DNA from: Patescibacteria group bacterium
GTDB lineage: Bacteria > Patescibacteriota > UBA1384 > 2-12-FULL-50-11
Assembly (NCBI GenBank): GCA_016861245.1
Contig: BOKZ01000001.1
Coordinates: 13,107 to 77,106, forward strand
Direction: 5' to 3'
DNA: 64,000 nt
A model generated the notes under the pieces. The model ran no database searches and had not been told where the DNA came from. It saw nothing but the letters and a program-made list of their open reading frames with translations. This document shows positions 40,383-52,900 of this stretch, piece by piece; position 1 is the first letter of the stretch; every line of letters starts with the position of its first letter. Both the position numbers and the translations under genes were made by a program.

Positions 40383-40895
40383 TTACGCGGCGAAAATAAT
40401 AAACAGACTAATAACAACAACTGCTACTTGTGTTAGCAGCCCTAAAATTTTTGGCACTTGTCGCTGCGTTTCTTCGTTAATATGAATCGAGTCGTGAAAT
40501 TTCTGTTCTTGCGAGAAAAACGGTAAACGGCGAAGCGTTCTATTCCAAAACGGTACGTTGTCCAGCAAATCCGGTAACACAGCACCCACCGCGCCCCAAA
40601 GCATCACGCTCCCAACTTCAGTTCTACTTTGATAAATCCACATAATTAGCCCAGTAGCTATGAGTACGTCTAAGACTGCTTGGACGAAGATGTGCTTTGG
40701 CCAATCGCGCGCCGATTGATCCGTATCAAATTTAATTTCGTCGTGCGGTCGGTACAAACGCTCCCAGTGCGGGATTGTATCGAGCACATAATGTGACGCC
40801 CAGCCGACACTAAAGGCAATAAGCGGCGCAACTGTAGCGTCTTTTACTAGCGCGCCAATCGCAGCTCCAGTAAGCGCGTGGGGAACGGTAAGCAT
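40383..40895 (-). CDS. Hypothetical membrane protein (possible membrane-bound metal-dependent hydrolase family)
   Basis: Polytopic, His-rich loops (HYVLDTIPHWE). Confidence 0.35.
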   Translation of the reverse strand: MLTVPHALTGAAIGALVKDATVAPLIAFSVGWASHYVLDTIPHWERLYRPHDEIKFDTDQSARDWPKHIFVQAVLDVLIATGLIMWIYQSRTEVGSVMLWGAVGAVLPDLLDNVPFWNRTLRRLPFFSQEQKFHDSIHINEETQRQVPKILGLLTQVAVVVISLFIIFAA

Positions 40896-41384
40896 ATCCG
40901 TATCTTACTATAAAAAATCCCCCGAGACCGGATGGTTCGGGGGGAGCTCGGCTCCACAAGGAGGTTCAAGCTTTGGAAGGGGTGCCCCCAGCGTGCCCAT
41001 TCCTGGACTTCTGGGGGCACCGTCAAGTGCCGGGCACCTCGTAGGTGATCACTCTTCCCTGAGACGGTCTCGTCCTGGGAATAGTCGAAGCACGGATCTG
41101 GCGGCGAGGTCCGATAACGGCGGCGTTTTGTGGACGCCGGTCGCTCGAAAGTGCACTCGAGCCGCTTGGTAGAACAGCCTCCGTACTGTTTCTGGTCGCG
41201 ATCACTTGACGAGGTGCGGAAGTGGTGAGATTCGGCAATGCTGCCGGTACGACGAACTGAATCGCCACTGCAACAGTTAAAGTCGCTATCATACCCTCGA
41301 CTCCCGCATCGGTGAAAGAACACAGTTCATGTCGTGAACCGTGAGAAAATAATACACCCTCTCGTCAAGTATTGGCAATAAAAA

Positions 41385-41410
41385 AGCCCGGGCCGAAGCC
41401 CGGGTGGAGG
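41385..41410 (-). terminator. Rho-independent terminator downstream of L,D-transpeptidase gene
   Basis: On the minus strand, CCCGGGCTTCGGCCCGGGC hairpin followed by TTTTTT. Confidence 0.65.
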
Positions 41411-41428
41411 TGGAACGGAGGACGGAAA

Positions 41429-41893
41429 TCAACAGATCGGCACCGTGTCGTGCACCCAAACTGGGACACCGACTTCAGCCCAATCGAACAGCTTCTTGGC
41501 ATCAGGCTTTTTGAGCCGGATACAGCCGCTCGATGCCGGAAAGTCCGGCACGTCGTGATAGGCGTGAAAGCCGATTCGACGGACCCGTTTTTGTTTCGGG
41601 TCGTACATCGGCACCCTCATCTGCCAGTACAACGTGGCGCCGCCGAGCTCCGGCAAGGCTTTGCCGACCGGAATCTTCGCGGTGATCTTGTACGGCTCGC
41701 CCGTGGAGATCGGCGTCTCGAGTCCCTTGCGGCCAGTCGAGCACTTTAACTCGAAGACAAGCTTGTCGCCTTCGAAGGCGTAGACCTTCTGCAGGTCGAG
41801 GATCACCAGAATTCGTTTCTGGTAAACCGACGCCGAGACGGGTTGGGCTTGGCCAACGCCAAGCAACGCGAGAAGCAGAAATGCTGTGTTCAT
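41429..41893 (-). CDS. L,D-transpeptidase (YkuD domain)
   Basis: Signal peptide MNTAFLLLALLGVGQA. Catalytic motif GFHAYHD..SSGCIRL. GC about 60%. Start taken at the internal Met. The track ORF extends to 41941. Confidence 0.75.
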   Translation of the reverse strand: MNTAFLLLALLGVGQAQPVSASVYQKRILVILDLQKVYAFEGDKLVFELKCSTGRKGLETPISTGEPYKITAKIPVGKALPELGGATLYWQMRVPMYDPKQKRVRRIGFHAYHDVPDFPASSGCIRLKKPDAKKLFDWAEVGVPVWVHDTVPIC

Positions 41894-41956
41894 AGTGTCG
41901 TCCTTGATTTGATGTGCGCGAAACGAGAGCAATACTATCACAGATGAACCTAAGAA

Positions 41957-42892
41957 TCAAGTGTCAAACCCGAGAAATTCCGGCTCAGTCTCGAGCGTTA
42001 TCCCAAATTTATCGTGTACTTGTTTTTTAATCTCGAGCACCAACTGGTGTATATCCTCTCCACTGGCGTTACCGCGGTTAACGATGTAATTACAGTGTTT
42101 TTCTGAAACTTGCGCTCCCCCAACTTGGTAGCCTTTCAGCCCCGCGTCTTGAATAATCTTGCCCGTCGGGACTACTGGAAACGGATCGATTTTTACAAAG
42201 TCTTTGAATAATTCCATCGTTGCTGTTGGGATCGTCTGGATCGGAACATTCTTGAACATCGACCCAGCGTTAGGATATTCGAGTGGGTGTCTGGTTTTAC
42301 GAAACTCGATATGTTCGTCAGCGATCGATCGTAGTTGTTCAGTGTTACCAGAACTCAACAATAACTCTGCGTTAAGAATCACCCATACCGGATGACGTTT
42401 AAAGTAACTTTCCCGATACTCAAACTCGCACGCGGGGTTATCGAAAATCTTTATCTCGCCAGTTGCAGTAGAGAACGCTGTTACGAATTGGATAGTATCC
42501 TTAATTTCACCCTTAAATGCGCCGGCGTTACCGCGAATCGCTCCGCCAAACGTTCCGGGCAGTCCTCCCGCCCATTCCAGGCCAACTAACCCAGCCGTAA
42601 CTGCCGTGTCAACTAAATCGTACATCTGGCTTCCAGAACCAGCGCGGATAACCCTGCCGTCTACTTCAATTGAGTTGAAATCGATGTGAATAACAAGCCC
42701 ATCGAAACCAGCTGTCGAGGCAATCACGTTACTCCCGGCGCCAAGAACAAAGATCGGGCAGTTTTTAGAATTGGCAAAATCACGCGCCGAACGCAACTCT
42801 TCGATCGTTTCGACATTACAGAAATATCTTGCCGGACCACCCACTTTAAACGTTGTGTAGTTAGCAAGTGAGACGTTCTCCTGAATATTCAT
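41957..42892 (-). CDS. murB: UDP-N-acetylenolpyruvoylglucosamine reductase
   Basis: LANYTTFKVGGPARYF, FVLGAGSNV and GLPGTFGGAIRGNAGAFG motifs match the MurB FAD-binding domain. Confidence 0.85.
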   Translation of the reverse strand: MNIQENVSLANYTTFKVGGPARYFCNVETIEELRSARDFANSKNCPIFVLGAGSNVIASTAGFDGLVIHIDFNSIEVDGRVIRAGSGSQMYDLVDTAVTAGLVGLEWAGGLPGTFGGAIRGNAGAFKGEIKDTIQFVTAFSTATGEIKIFDNPACEFEYRESYFKRHPVWVILNAELLLSSGNTEQLRSIADEHIEFRKTRHPLEYPNAGSMFKNVPIQTIPTATMELFKDFVKIDPFPVVPTGKIIQDAGLKGYQVGGAQVSEKHCNYIVNRGNASGEDIHQLVLEIKKQVHDKFGITLETEPEFLGFDT

Positions 42893-42935
42893 CAGACCAA
42901 CCGTAGCAACGCATCGTTTCGGTTACAATACGATC

Positions 42936-44351
42936 ATGCATCGGTTATTCCAACCAATTTCGAACGAGCTTCATAGCCATAAGTGGCGTGGCATATCGCT
43001 GATCGTAACGTTTTTAATAATTATCGCTTCACTGCAAGCTCAGAGCGTGCTGCAGAAACAGCAAAGCGATCGCCTCGATCAGCAGTTGGCTGTTGAGCTG
43101 GAGCATAACTCACAATTACAATTAGTCGCCGCAATCAAGACACTTCAGGAAAAAGTTGACGCTGCTAAGGCAATCGGAGCTGACACCACGGCGCTTGAGA
43201 AAGTAATTGTTGAAATTAAATCACGGATTTCTGATCCGACTAAAACGATTGAAAATTTTAACACTATTCGCGATCAAGTCGCCGTGGTTGAGACGCTCAT
43301 TACTACGCAAACGGAGATAAATCGAGTCGCTGAGTTACAGCGCCAATCGGGAATTCTTATTGGAGTGGTAAAAGAAGGCGAACAACTCCTCTCAGGAGTG
43401 TCACTAACACTTACAGATGGCACAGCAACGACTAGCACAACAAGCGCCGCCGACGGCGCTTATACTTTTACGATTACGGCCGGGACATACACACTCACAG
43501 CATCAAAGAGCGGTTACAATTCGGTTAAAAAAACCGGCGTTAGTATTACAGCTCAGCAAACAACAACGCTTAATTTGGCACTTACAAAGACGCAAGCAAA
43601 AACCAGTACGACCACCACGACCTCCACCACTAACGGCGACAGTAAGTATGAGAAAATATCGATCGCAACCAGTCGCGGTAGCTTCAGTATCCATCTCTCA
43701 ACCTTTAACTTAGCTAGCGGTCAGTTTGCTGTTAGCACCGATACCGCTAACGACAACGATTGCACCGATAACTGCCCGACCAAAAGCTTAAGTAGTTACG
43801 TCAGTGGTAACGGCGGCTTTGCCGGCATGAACGGTACCTATTTTTGCCCCGCCGATTACTCAGCGTGCGCCGGCCAAGTCGGCTCGTTCTTCTGGAAAGT
43901 GCTCAATACTCGTCTCAGTAAAATGATTAACGCTAACAACGGCTTAGGCGAAAACGACCCGTTTATCGCTTTTAACTCCGCCGGTACCGCTAGATATTTT
44001 TCATCCTGGAGCAGCTACGCCGGTTCGGGGTTTGCTGGAGTCGCCGGTATCAACTGTAAACCAGCGTTAATTAGTAACGGCAACAACATTCTCGACGAAG
44101 GCTCGCTTGACGATAAACAACGCACAACCAAATCGAATCGCGGCGCGATCGGGCTAAGGGGGCAAACCCTTTATTTAGTTATCGCTACTAGCGCTACTGT
44201 CCCTGATTTAGCGGCGGTTATGGACGCACTCGACGTCGATTACGCGCTCAACGTCGACGGTGGCGGATCGAGTGCGATGATGTTTAATAGTAGTTACAAA
44301 ATTGGCCCGGGCCGGAGCTTGCCTAACGCCATTATTATTAAACGCCGCTAA
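42936..44351 (+). CDS. Secreted/membrane-anchored protein with carboxypeptidase-regulatory-like domain and phosphodiester glycosidase (DUF2233)-like C-terminal domain
   Basis: N-terminal TM helix. SGVSLTLTDG..GAYTFTITAGTYTLTASKSGY CarbopepD_reg-like fold. Thr-rich linker. NVDGGGSSAMMF resembles the DUF2233 DGGGS motif. Confidence 0.45.
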   Translation: MHRLFQPISNELHSHKWRGISLIVTFLIIIASLQAQSVLQKQQSDRLDQQLAVELEHNSQLQLVAAIKTLQEKVDAAKAIGADTTALEKVIVEIKSRISDPTKTIENFNTIRDQVAVVETLITTQTEINRVAELQRQSGILIGVVKEGEQLLSGVSLTLTDGTATTSTTSAADGAYTFTITAGTYTLTASKSGYNSVKKTGVSITAQQTTTLNLALTKTQAKTSTTTTTSTTNGDSKYEKISIATSRGSFSIHLSTFNLASGQFAVSTDTANDNDCTDNCPTKSLSSYVSGNGGFAGMNGTYFCPADYSACAGQVGSFFWKVLNTRLSKMINANNGLGENDPFIAFNSAGTARYFSSWSSYAGSGFAGVAGINCKPALISNGNNILDEGSLDDKQRTTKSNRGAIGLRGQTLYLVIATSATVPDLAAVMDALDVDYALNVDGGGSSAMMFNSSYKIGPGRSLPNAIIIKRR

Positions 44352-44929
44352 CGTTGGATGACAGCGTAAACGAACAGGACTCGGTACGCGATCGCAAGTA
44401 GCAATGTTCCGATAGTTTTTCGATAGCCAATTTTCCCAACACCTCCAACGAACGCCATTAGTTCTGCGTTGATGATCGGAATCATAGTGATAATGAAAAA
44501 TTGTTTCCAGCTCACGGCGTTCGAGACACCCTCGACAAAATCGTAATTTTTTCTCGATAGCCATCGCTTTAATAGCGGTCGGCCGTAGTTATAGGCCAAA
44601 TAATAGCTAATACTCCCTCCAGCCACCCCACCGAGAACTCGAGCGACAATAACGCTTGTCGGGTCAACGTATTCAAAAAACAACAAATCTACCGGCAGTG
44701 TTGGAATCGGTACAAACACCGAGGCGATCATGACAAATAGAAAGTATCCGGCCAACGCTCGGAACGGATGGTACGAAATAATATCGGTTAACGGTTCGAT
44801 GTGTGGCGCAAGAAACTTATTCATAATTGCCGAGATTCCACCAACAAAAAGACCAAACAACAGAATAAATCCGACCAACTGTAGCGCCTGTTTATGTGAA
44901 AATTTTTTCTTGGCGTCTTCGGCAACCAT
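44348..44929 (-). CDS. DedA/TVP38 family membrane protein
   Basis: Polytopic, with a conserved glycine-rich re-entrant region (RVLGGVAGGSISYYLAYNYGRP). Confidence 0.55.
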   Translation of the reverse strand: MVAEDAKKKFSHKQALQLVGFILLFGLFVGGISAIMNKFLAPHIEPLTDIISYHPFRALAGYFLFVMIASVFVPIPTLPVDLLFFEYVDPTSVIVARVLGGVAGGSISYYLAYNYGRPLLKRWLSRKNYDFVEGVSNAVSWKQFFIITMIPIINAELMAFVGGVGKIGYRKTIGTLLLAIAYRVLFVYAVIQR

Positions 44930-45065
44930 ATCGGTAGTATGCCATATTATTTACCCCAACTGAACCTGGATAGAACGACAATTATTCGGTACAATTGTTT
45001 GGTAACTTGCCACCAGCAGCAGGTTAGGGCGATAACGCGGACAGCGTTACAACCGAGCGAAGCGA

Positions 45066-45139
45066 GGGCGATTAGCTCAGCTGGTTAGAGCGCGTCACTG
45101 ATAATGACGAGGTCACTGGTTCGAGTCCAGTATCGCCCA
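45066..45139 (+). tRNA. tRNA-Ile (anticodon GAT)
   Basis: GGGCGAT/ATCGCCC acceptor, anticodon loop CTGATAA, T-loop GGTTCGAGTCC, discriminator A. Confidence 0.85.
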
Positions 45140-45149
45140 CGAATATGCA

Positions 45150-45180
45150 ACAAAAAAGAGGCTTTAGCCTCTTTTTTGTT
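45150..45180. terminator. Bidirectional hairpin terminator between tRNA-Ile (+) and 16S (-)
   Basis: AAAAAAGAGGCTTTAGCCTCTTTTTTG palindrome with flanking A-run and T-run. Confidence 0.6.
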
Positions 45181-45270
45181 TTCAAACACTTTGCGGTTAC
45201 AAGAACGTTTTCGCTACCTATATTGGTAGCATCTCTCCGATATAGATCGGAGTCGACATCTAGATTCCTC

Positions 45271-46718
<1,448 letters not shown>

Positions 46719-47161
46719 CATAAAAATTCCTGTAGGGATTTTTATGAGAGTTTGTCTTCGCACTCTTCAGAAGAATTGTGCTCAGATCAAACTCTTACCT
46801 TTTGGTAAGAAATTTGTGTCCGACGGCCGAAACCGTCTTCGTCAAACTCTTTGAGATTTAACTCACATAAAAGCCTACTGAACCTTACGAGCGAAATGAT
46901 AAATCATTTCAGCTGACATACTGTTTTGTTTTTTTGGAATTGTTTGGCACTCTCTCGTTTTACCGAGAAAGGGATGGAAATTTGCCAGTCCATCGGCTGG
47001 TTTGTTCTTGTAACCGCGAAATGTTCGCGATTACGCTCCTTTGTTCCCGTGGTAGGTAAAACAAAGGTCCCGCTTGTTAAAGCAGCAAAGTACGTCTGTA
47101 ATTGTACCTATTAGGTTTCCTTGCGTCAACGGCTGCGCAGCGGGTAGGCTAGAAGAAGATT

Positions 47162-48898
47162 ATGAAACTCTTTGAGAACCCTCGACAAGCGTTCTTACTC
47201 CTTGGATTTCTTGTGCTTTCCGCGGCGTTCTACGTAGCAACATACAGTAATAACGCTGAATTTCAGGCCGAAAATGACTTCACACAATACCAGCCCAAAA
47301 CCGCTCAGAGCTTTGTTGAAAGTATCGGGGTTGTAACCCACTTAACCTATAACGACTACAAATCTAACGCCCACTTTGCCGACGTCTATAATAGTCTAGT
47401 TAAGCCGAAAATTCGCGAGCTCGGCGTTCACCACGTCCGACAAAATCTCGCTCACGGCGGTGCTGGGTTTGTTAGCTATTTACAGAAACTACACGAGCTG
47501 AGTAACCCTCCGAATAATTACCCACCAATTCAGTTCTCGCTTAGCGCCACAATTAATCCTACCGACTCGACCAGCCCGATGAACACCTGTTTTTTGCCGA
47601 AAGTTAAATTGCACCTGGTTCCAGGGGTCGTTCCTTGTGGTAACGAGGTCGGACAACCAGTGAGTGTGTCCGTCAAACTCTCAAATATTGAAAACCCAAA
47701 TGAGCCCGATCACTGCTTCAGTTTCGTCTGTAACTACTCGCCATCACCATCCAACTGGTACAAGTACTCACTACAGCAAAACTCCGATTGGCCAGATGAC
47801 GTGCTCGGTGCGGCTTCAAACGCTAAAAGTAAGCTGCTCTCAGATCCGGCAACTGCCAATATCATCACCGTGGCACCGTCGTTCGTTTGGTTACAGTATC
47901 ACCAAAATGAGACGTACAACGGCACAAACTTACGGACGTACCTCAACCCCATTAACGCTAATATCTCGTACGGGAATTCACACCCCTATTGCGGCCTTAA
48001 CTCTGTTTCAACTTGTTTTGCTAACACCGTTCAACACGCCGTCAATCGCTACGCACCTAAGCCGGTTTTCGTTACCGAAACCGGACATTCAACTCATGAA
48101 TATTCAGAAACTCAGCAGGCAAAGTATCTTCTTCGTATCCTTTTCGATTTTTTTGAGCGCGGAATTCCGCGAACGTACATTTACGCTTTTCTTGACGAGC
48201 CATCGGCAGCAACACTTAAAGAACAGAATTTCGGCCTACTAAACGAAGACGGTCGTGAGAAGCCGGCGTATGTGTGGCTTAAAAACACGATCGCATTACT
48301 AAAAGATAGTGGCAGCGTTGGTTTAAAAGCGTTATCGATGCAAATTAGCGGTAATGGCTTGCGTCACTCCCTGCTTCAAAAAAGCGACGGCAGCCACTGG
48401 CTGGCTCTCCAATACGACAAAAGCAACACAACTGACGCTGACGCCACAACTGCGGCAACTATTACCTTCGCTTCTCCAAAGAACGTTGAGTACTACTCAC
48501 CAGCTAGTACAGCCGCGTACAAAACCGAGAGCAGTATTACGACACTCTCAATCTCTGTACCAGATAAAATCACGCTACTGAGAATTAGCGATCCAGTCGC
48601 ACTAAATAGCGGTTCAAACTCTAGTACAACTTCGAATTCCACTACTAACTCAACAACCAAACAATCTACTACCAAGAATTCCGGCAAGGCGAATGATCAG
48701 CCGAACCAGACCGGTCAGACTGAAACAGAGACGGATAGTACCGGATTCGAGCTGAAAGACAACGAGATCCAGCTGACGAAAAACTTAGCTGTAAGTAAAA
48801 ATCTGTTTGCGACAATCTTAATTGTTGCACTTCTCTTCGTTACGGTTGTTATTAGTTGGCTTCGATTGCGCCGAGAACTGCATCAAAAAAAGCCCTAG
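47162..48898 (+). CDS. Putative cell-surface glycoside hydrolase-like protein with C-terminal Ser/Thr-rich stalk and TM anchor
   Basis: N-terminal signal anchor. FVTETGHST resembles a retaining-GH TExG nucleophile motif in a TIM-barrel-like region. ST-rich low-complexity segment then C-terminal TM helix. Confidence 0.35.
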   Translation: MKLFENPRQAFLLLGFLVLSAAFYVATYSNNAEFQAENDFTQYQPKTAQSFVESIGVVTHLTYNDYKSNAHFADVYNSLVKPKIRELGVHHVRQNLAHGGAGFVSYLQKLHELSNPPNNYPPIQFSLSATINPTDSTSPMNTCFLPKVKLHLVPGVVPCGNEVGQPVSVSVKLSNIENPNEPDHCFSFVCNYSPSPSNWYKYSLQQNSDWPDDVLGAASNAKSKLLSDPATANIITVAPSFVWLQYHQNETYNGTNLRTYLNPINANISYGNSHPYCGLNSVSTCFANTVQHAVNRYAPKPVFVTETGHSTHEYSETQQAKYLLRILFDFFERGIPRTYIYAFLDEPSAATLKEQNFGLLNEDGREKPAYVWLKNTIALLKDSGSVGLKALSMQISGNGLRHSLLQKSDGSHWLALQYDKSNTTDADATTAATITFASPKNVEYYSPASTAAYKTESSITTLSISVPDKITLLRISDPVALNSGSNSSTTSNSTTNSTTKQSTTKNSGKANDQPNQTGQTETETDSTGFELKDNEIQLTKNLAVSKNLFATILIVALLFVTVVISWLRLRRELHQKKP

Positions 48899-48909
48899 TT
48901 TCCTAGGGC
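48885..48909 (-). terminator. Rho-independent terminator for Nudix gene
   Basis: On the minus strand, GCCCTAGGAAACTAGGGC hairpin followed by TTTTTTT. It overlaps both convergent stop codons. Confidence 0.5.
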
Positions 48910-49436
48910 TTGGCGAATAGGTCGTGGCGGGCTCGTTTGTGCAAGTGTCCTTCTCGACAGAAAATCTTGCCGTCGCATTTGCGAAAGTGCATCTCGGCCG
49001 TGAACTCATTTCCAGCCAGCAACTGAGCGAACCACAACTCTTCGCACGGCATCATTTCGTGATACGGGATCTCGTCGACGGGGAAGAAACTCGGATCGCT
49101 GAAAACATCTGTGGCGATCGGGATTCCTTCCCATAGGTCAGAGCGGTAGACGTGAACTTCCACATCCGTACAGCGCTCGACGCTAAGACCAGGAACATCC
49201 TGTTTGCTGCCCCAGTGGAAGGTTACTACTCCTCGTTTATCGAGCTCTAAAACCCGAATCCCACCCGACTCTTCTTTCGTTTCTCGGATTGCGCACTCGC
49301 GAATTGTCTCGCCCGACTCTTGCTTGCCGCCGTAACCGCTCCGCCTACCCTTCGTTGGGCCCGATAACGATTTCGGCAGACAGACGACGTTGCCACTGAA
49401 AAGATAGACCAGAGAACAAACTGTTGTAACGTGCAT
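48903..49436 (-). CDS. Nudix hydrolase
   Basis: Nudix box GGKQESGETIRECAIRETKEESGG. Start taken at the Met of MHVTTV. The track ORF extends to 49469. Confidence 0.75.
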   Translation of the reverse strand: MHVTTVCSLVYLFSGNVVCLPKSLSGPTKGRRSGYGGKQESGETIRECAIRETKEESGGIRVLELDKRGVVTFHWGSKQDVPGLSVERCTDVEVHVYRSDLWEGIPIATDVFSDPSFFPVDEIPYHEMMPCEELWFAQLLAGNEFTAEMHFRKCDGKIFCREGHLHKRARHDLFAKP

Positions 49437-49547
49437 CGGTATTCCTCCGTCAGAGCGATTGTTGCTCATTTTTTCCTTCTGTCAAATCTCTCGACTTACC
49501 GAGGAATCTTCGGTACAATTCTCGAGACTCAAGGAGTACCTTACGAT

Positions 49548-49916
49548 ATGAAGAAACGCTGGTCGATCATCTTCGCCAACTCTGTTACCGCCGAAGAGAA
49601 GGCTCAACTCACCAACGAACTCGCCGAACGCCTCAAAGCCGTTCCCGATTCCTACAACAACAATGCCGAGCTCAGATTCTCGGAGGGAGCCTTGCCGTTC
49701 ACGCTCACGGACGTCGTCAACGTTATTCCCGCTTCGAAAATCCGAGCAATCACGCTCGACACTCGACACGACGGACCCCAACTTTCTTTACAGGGCGGTG
49801 TGAAGATCTGTTGGGCAAAGGGCGCCATCATCGAGTGCGAATTCGACGGTAACGACAACGAAGCACTGGTTCGAGAATTCGATTCCACCGTCAAGTTGTC
49901 CGAAAACTGCGGCTAG
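49548..49916 (+). CDS. Hypothetical protein (122 aa)
   Basis: AAGGAG SD 8 nt before the ATG at 49548. The track ORF starts at 49431 without an SD. Followed by a terminator. Confidence 0.4.
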   Translation: MKKRWSIIFANSVTAEEKAQLTNELAERLKAVPDSYNNNAELRFSEGALPFTLTDVVNVIPASKIRAITLDTRHDGPQLSLQGGVKICWAKGAIIECEFDGNDNEALVREFDSTVKLSENCG

Positions 49917-49937
49917 CTTTCCGCCTCGTCCTCTCTT

Positions 49938-49960
49938 GCGCCCACCCGGGCGCTTTTTTT
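49938..49960 (+). terminator. Rho-independent terminator
   Basis: GCGCCCACCCGGGCGC hairpin followed by TTTTTTT. Confidence 0.65.
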
Positions 49961-52900
49961 ATTGTAGGACTTCTGGTTTTCGACGTAGTATTAGCCAGAG
50001 TGAGACACTAGTAACCGTAAGAAGCGTTGCGAGAATCCCGATCCGAACCCAAAGATCAACCTTTTTTTGTTCAGCTGCCGTCTCTTCTTTTGTAGTATTC
50101 TTAATAATTAAGTCTGTCACGCTGGAAACGACGCTACCGTTCAGCTTCCAGCTCGGCCCGCCGCCCTGATTCCCGCCTTGGTTGCCCGATCCACCGCCAC
50201 CCGTGTTTTTTTGGAAAGTAAATGTTAGCTGTTTTTCGACAACATTGCCGGCAGCGTCACGAGCTTCAGCTTTGAGATTGTGACTGCCGTTAGTGAGTTT
50301 CAAGTTTTTTGTGTTCATATTTACCGTACAGGTACCGCTTGTGATCGCACTGCTGTATGTGCAACCACCAAATCGAACACCGTCAACATAATAGTCAGCT
50401 CTGGTTACACCGACATTATCAGCGACGGCGCTAATAACCTTAATAGTGTTACCCGAGTAAATCGAACCGGCCACTGGTTGTGAAATCGTAAGCGTCGGGG
50501 CGGTCTGATCGGCCTGGGAATTACCAGAACCAGGATCGTTATTTGTGGCGACAGCGTAGGTGACTGGAGTCGTACAGCTCTCATTACTCCACAACGCCTC
50601 ACTCGCGAGCGACTCAAGATTTAAACTATCCAGCATCGATCTGACGCAGACAATATACTTCGTGTTATTTACCGGAGAGCTAATTCCAATCGTTGGGCTT
50701 AGTGTTTGAGTATCTGTCCAGCCCCCAATTGCTGTTTGCGCCCCAGTGGAACTAACGCTTCGCAGTTGATACTGTAGCGCTGCCTGATAGCTAAAGTAGT
50801 CGGTATTCGTAGTAATCGTTACTGAGAGCTCGGGAGTTATTACAGAATCGGTGCTGGCAAGCACGGTCGGTTGTGTTGCTTTGATCGTACGAACACCTGC
50901 AGCAGATGGGTTAAGTTGGACGATACCGCTTGAGGCGGCCGCCGATGACGAAGAAATTGTGTAACTATTAGGTTCAAAAAGCGGTTCGGTGGCTGAAATC
51001 TGGAGTAAATCAGCGTCGTAGCCGAGCGCTTGCCAAGCTGTTAAATCCAGATCAGAAAAAGCCGATGAGTTCGGATCTGGAGGCTCGTATGTTACTTTAA
51101 ACGTCTGACCGGGCAGGTATTTTATAACATTCTGAGTGAACACTTGGGTGCCACCGCGATGAAACTTATACGCACGCACTGTACCGCCTGTAGTGGTTTT
51201 CGGAGCAATGATGTTTTTTTCAAAGACATTTTTAATCATCGTCTCACCCTCAACTGGATTCTCTTTAAGCTCTACAATGTGCGGATACCGTTGGTTGTAC
51301 AACGCAACGTCGTAGCCCTGAGCAGCCATGTTCTGTACCTGTTGGTACATCTGATCATAAAGCGGAGCGAAAAAGCCTGATGTCGTGATCGGTTCGTCAA
51401 AGAACACCGACTCTCGACAGGTTAAGTAGTTATTGGTGTAGCGATTATACATACCACCGTGGTTAGAGATACAGGTACCTACCGGGTTTTCTATAACGTT
51501 ATTACGCACCTGCAAACCCGAAACCCAATCGTCCGCCATAATTCCCATAAACGGGGAGAATGCCGGCACTGTAGAATTTTTTGTTACCAACTCCCAAATA
51601 CCGTAAGAGCGCTCAAAATACATCTGCGGACTGTGGAGATAGTTCTCCTCGATGATGTGGCCGCTTTGCAAAACGCTCCTTCCACCAAGGTTAATCAAAC
51701 CCGTATCTCGGTGAAGCCAGCCCGAATTGTAGATAGTATTTTTTCGGATGATGTGATCGTTACCGCTTACAATTACGCCATGACCAGCAAAATCCCTAAT
51801 TGTATTTCCCTCAACCAGTATCCCGACCTGCTCTTTATCTAGCCACAAGGTGGTTCGCCCTCGTCCGGCGTACAGGTCGATATTTTCGATTAAATTATTT
51901 TTAATAACATTATTAGTTGGTGCGAGCGTCTTCATAAAATTACCGCCGTTGATCGCGATCGCTGACGACGCCACTGGCGCGTCTAAATCATGTAGATAGT
52001 TGTCGAGAATTTGTAGTTTTGTATTCGGTCGGTATTCGGTAGTAAAGGCGTTACCTCCCCAGCGAACTTCATTACCACGAAATACGACGTTACTAACAGT
52101 AAGATTGACGTGGAAGGCTCGACTTTGAAATTTCTCCATCGTAAAACCTTGCCAGATAAAATTACTTGCCCCGGCCAATACAACTTCATTAACAACGGGA
52201 ATGTAAATTGTATCGGAGGAGTTAAGCGCCGCACCTAAATTAACTTTTAGCTGCTTAGTGGTCTTGTCAAAATGGAACTCTTTTTCAGATAGAAGTTTAC
52301 TCGAACCCTGGATCCAAAAGAGCTCGCCAGCGGCGACGTTGTTTGGTAATGGCGTCGAAAGGCGAATTTCGCGCGAATCTGTATCGATAGATAATACATC
52401 CTTATTTTCCAACCAGCGCCAAAGACCTGCTTTATCATAAATCGATACCTTAAGTCCCGTTTCTCCTGCAAGTTGGTTAATCGCACTAGCGTCTTCGACG
52501 CGATATTTAATAACGTCTTTGACCGCCGCTTGATCGGCTGCTACGTACATAAACCGCCCCGCGTACGGATCGGCTACATTCTTTGTTGGTGGAGTCCAGT
52601 TTGGATAACGGGCAGGTACGAGACGGGTGTTGTTGTGATAAATAAAGTCAAACGTAGCGTTCTCTGCTGGAGTGCCGACTAAACTGGTTTGGTACGTCGT
52701 GCCGGATTCAAGTGTTAAATCTTTCAGCGCCAAGCTTCCAGTGATAATCGGCTTCTCACCAGGGAAGTTGGTAACCATGTTCGGCGCCTCGACGGTACCA
52801 CTGTCCTCGGCTGAAAACGACAACGAATTAGTTAAATTATATTCGCCGCCACGCACCAGGATCTTTGAGCCGGGCAAACCAGCAGCGCGTACCGAATCGC

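Noticed and set aside
40847-41323. Overlapping minus-strand ORFs (158 aa and 89 aa) in the GC-rich region downstream of the L,D-transpeptidase gene
   Set aside because: They overlap each other in different frames. Their products are Arg/Ser/Pro-rich low complexity with no start context. They were treated as non-coding or gene remnant.
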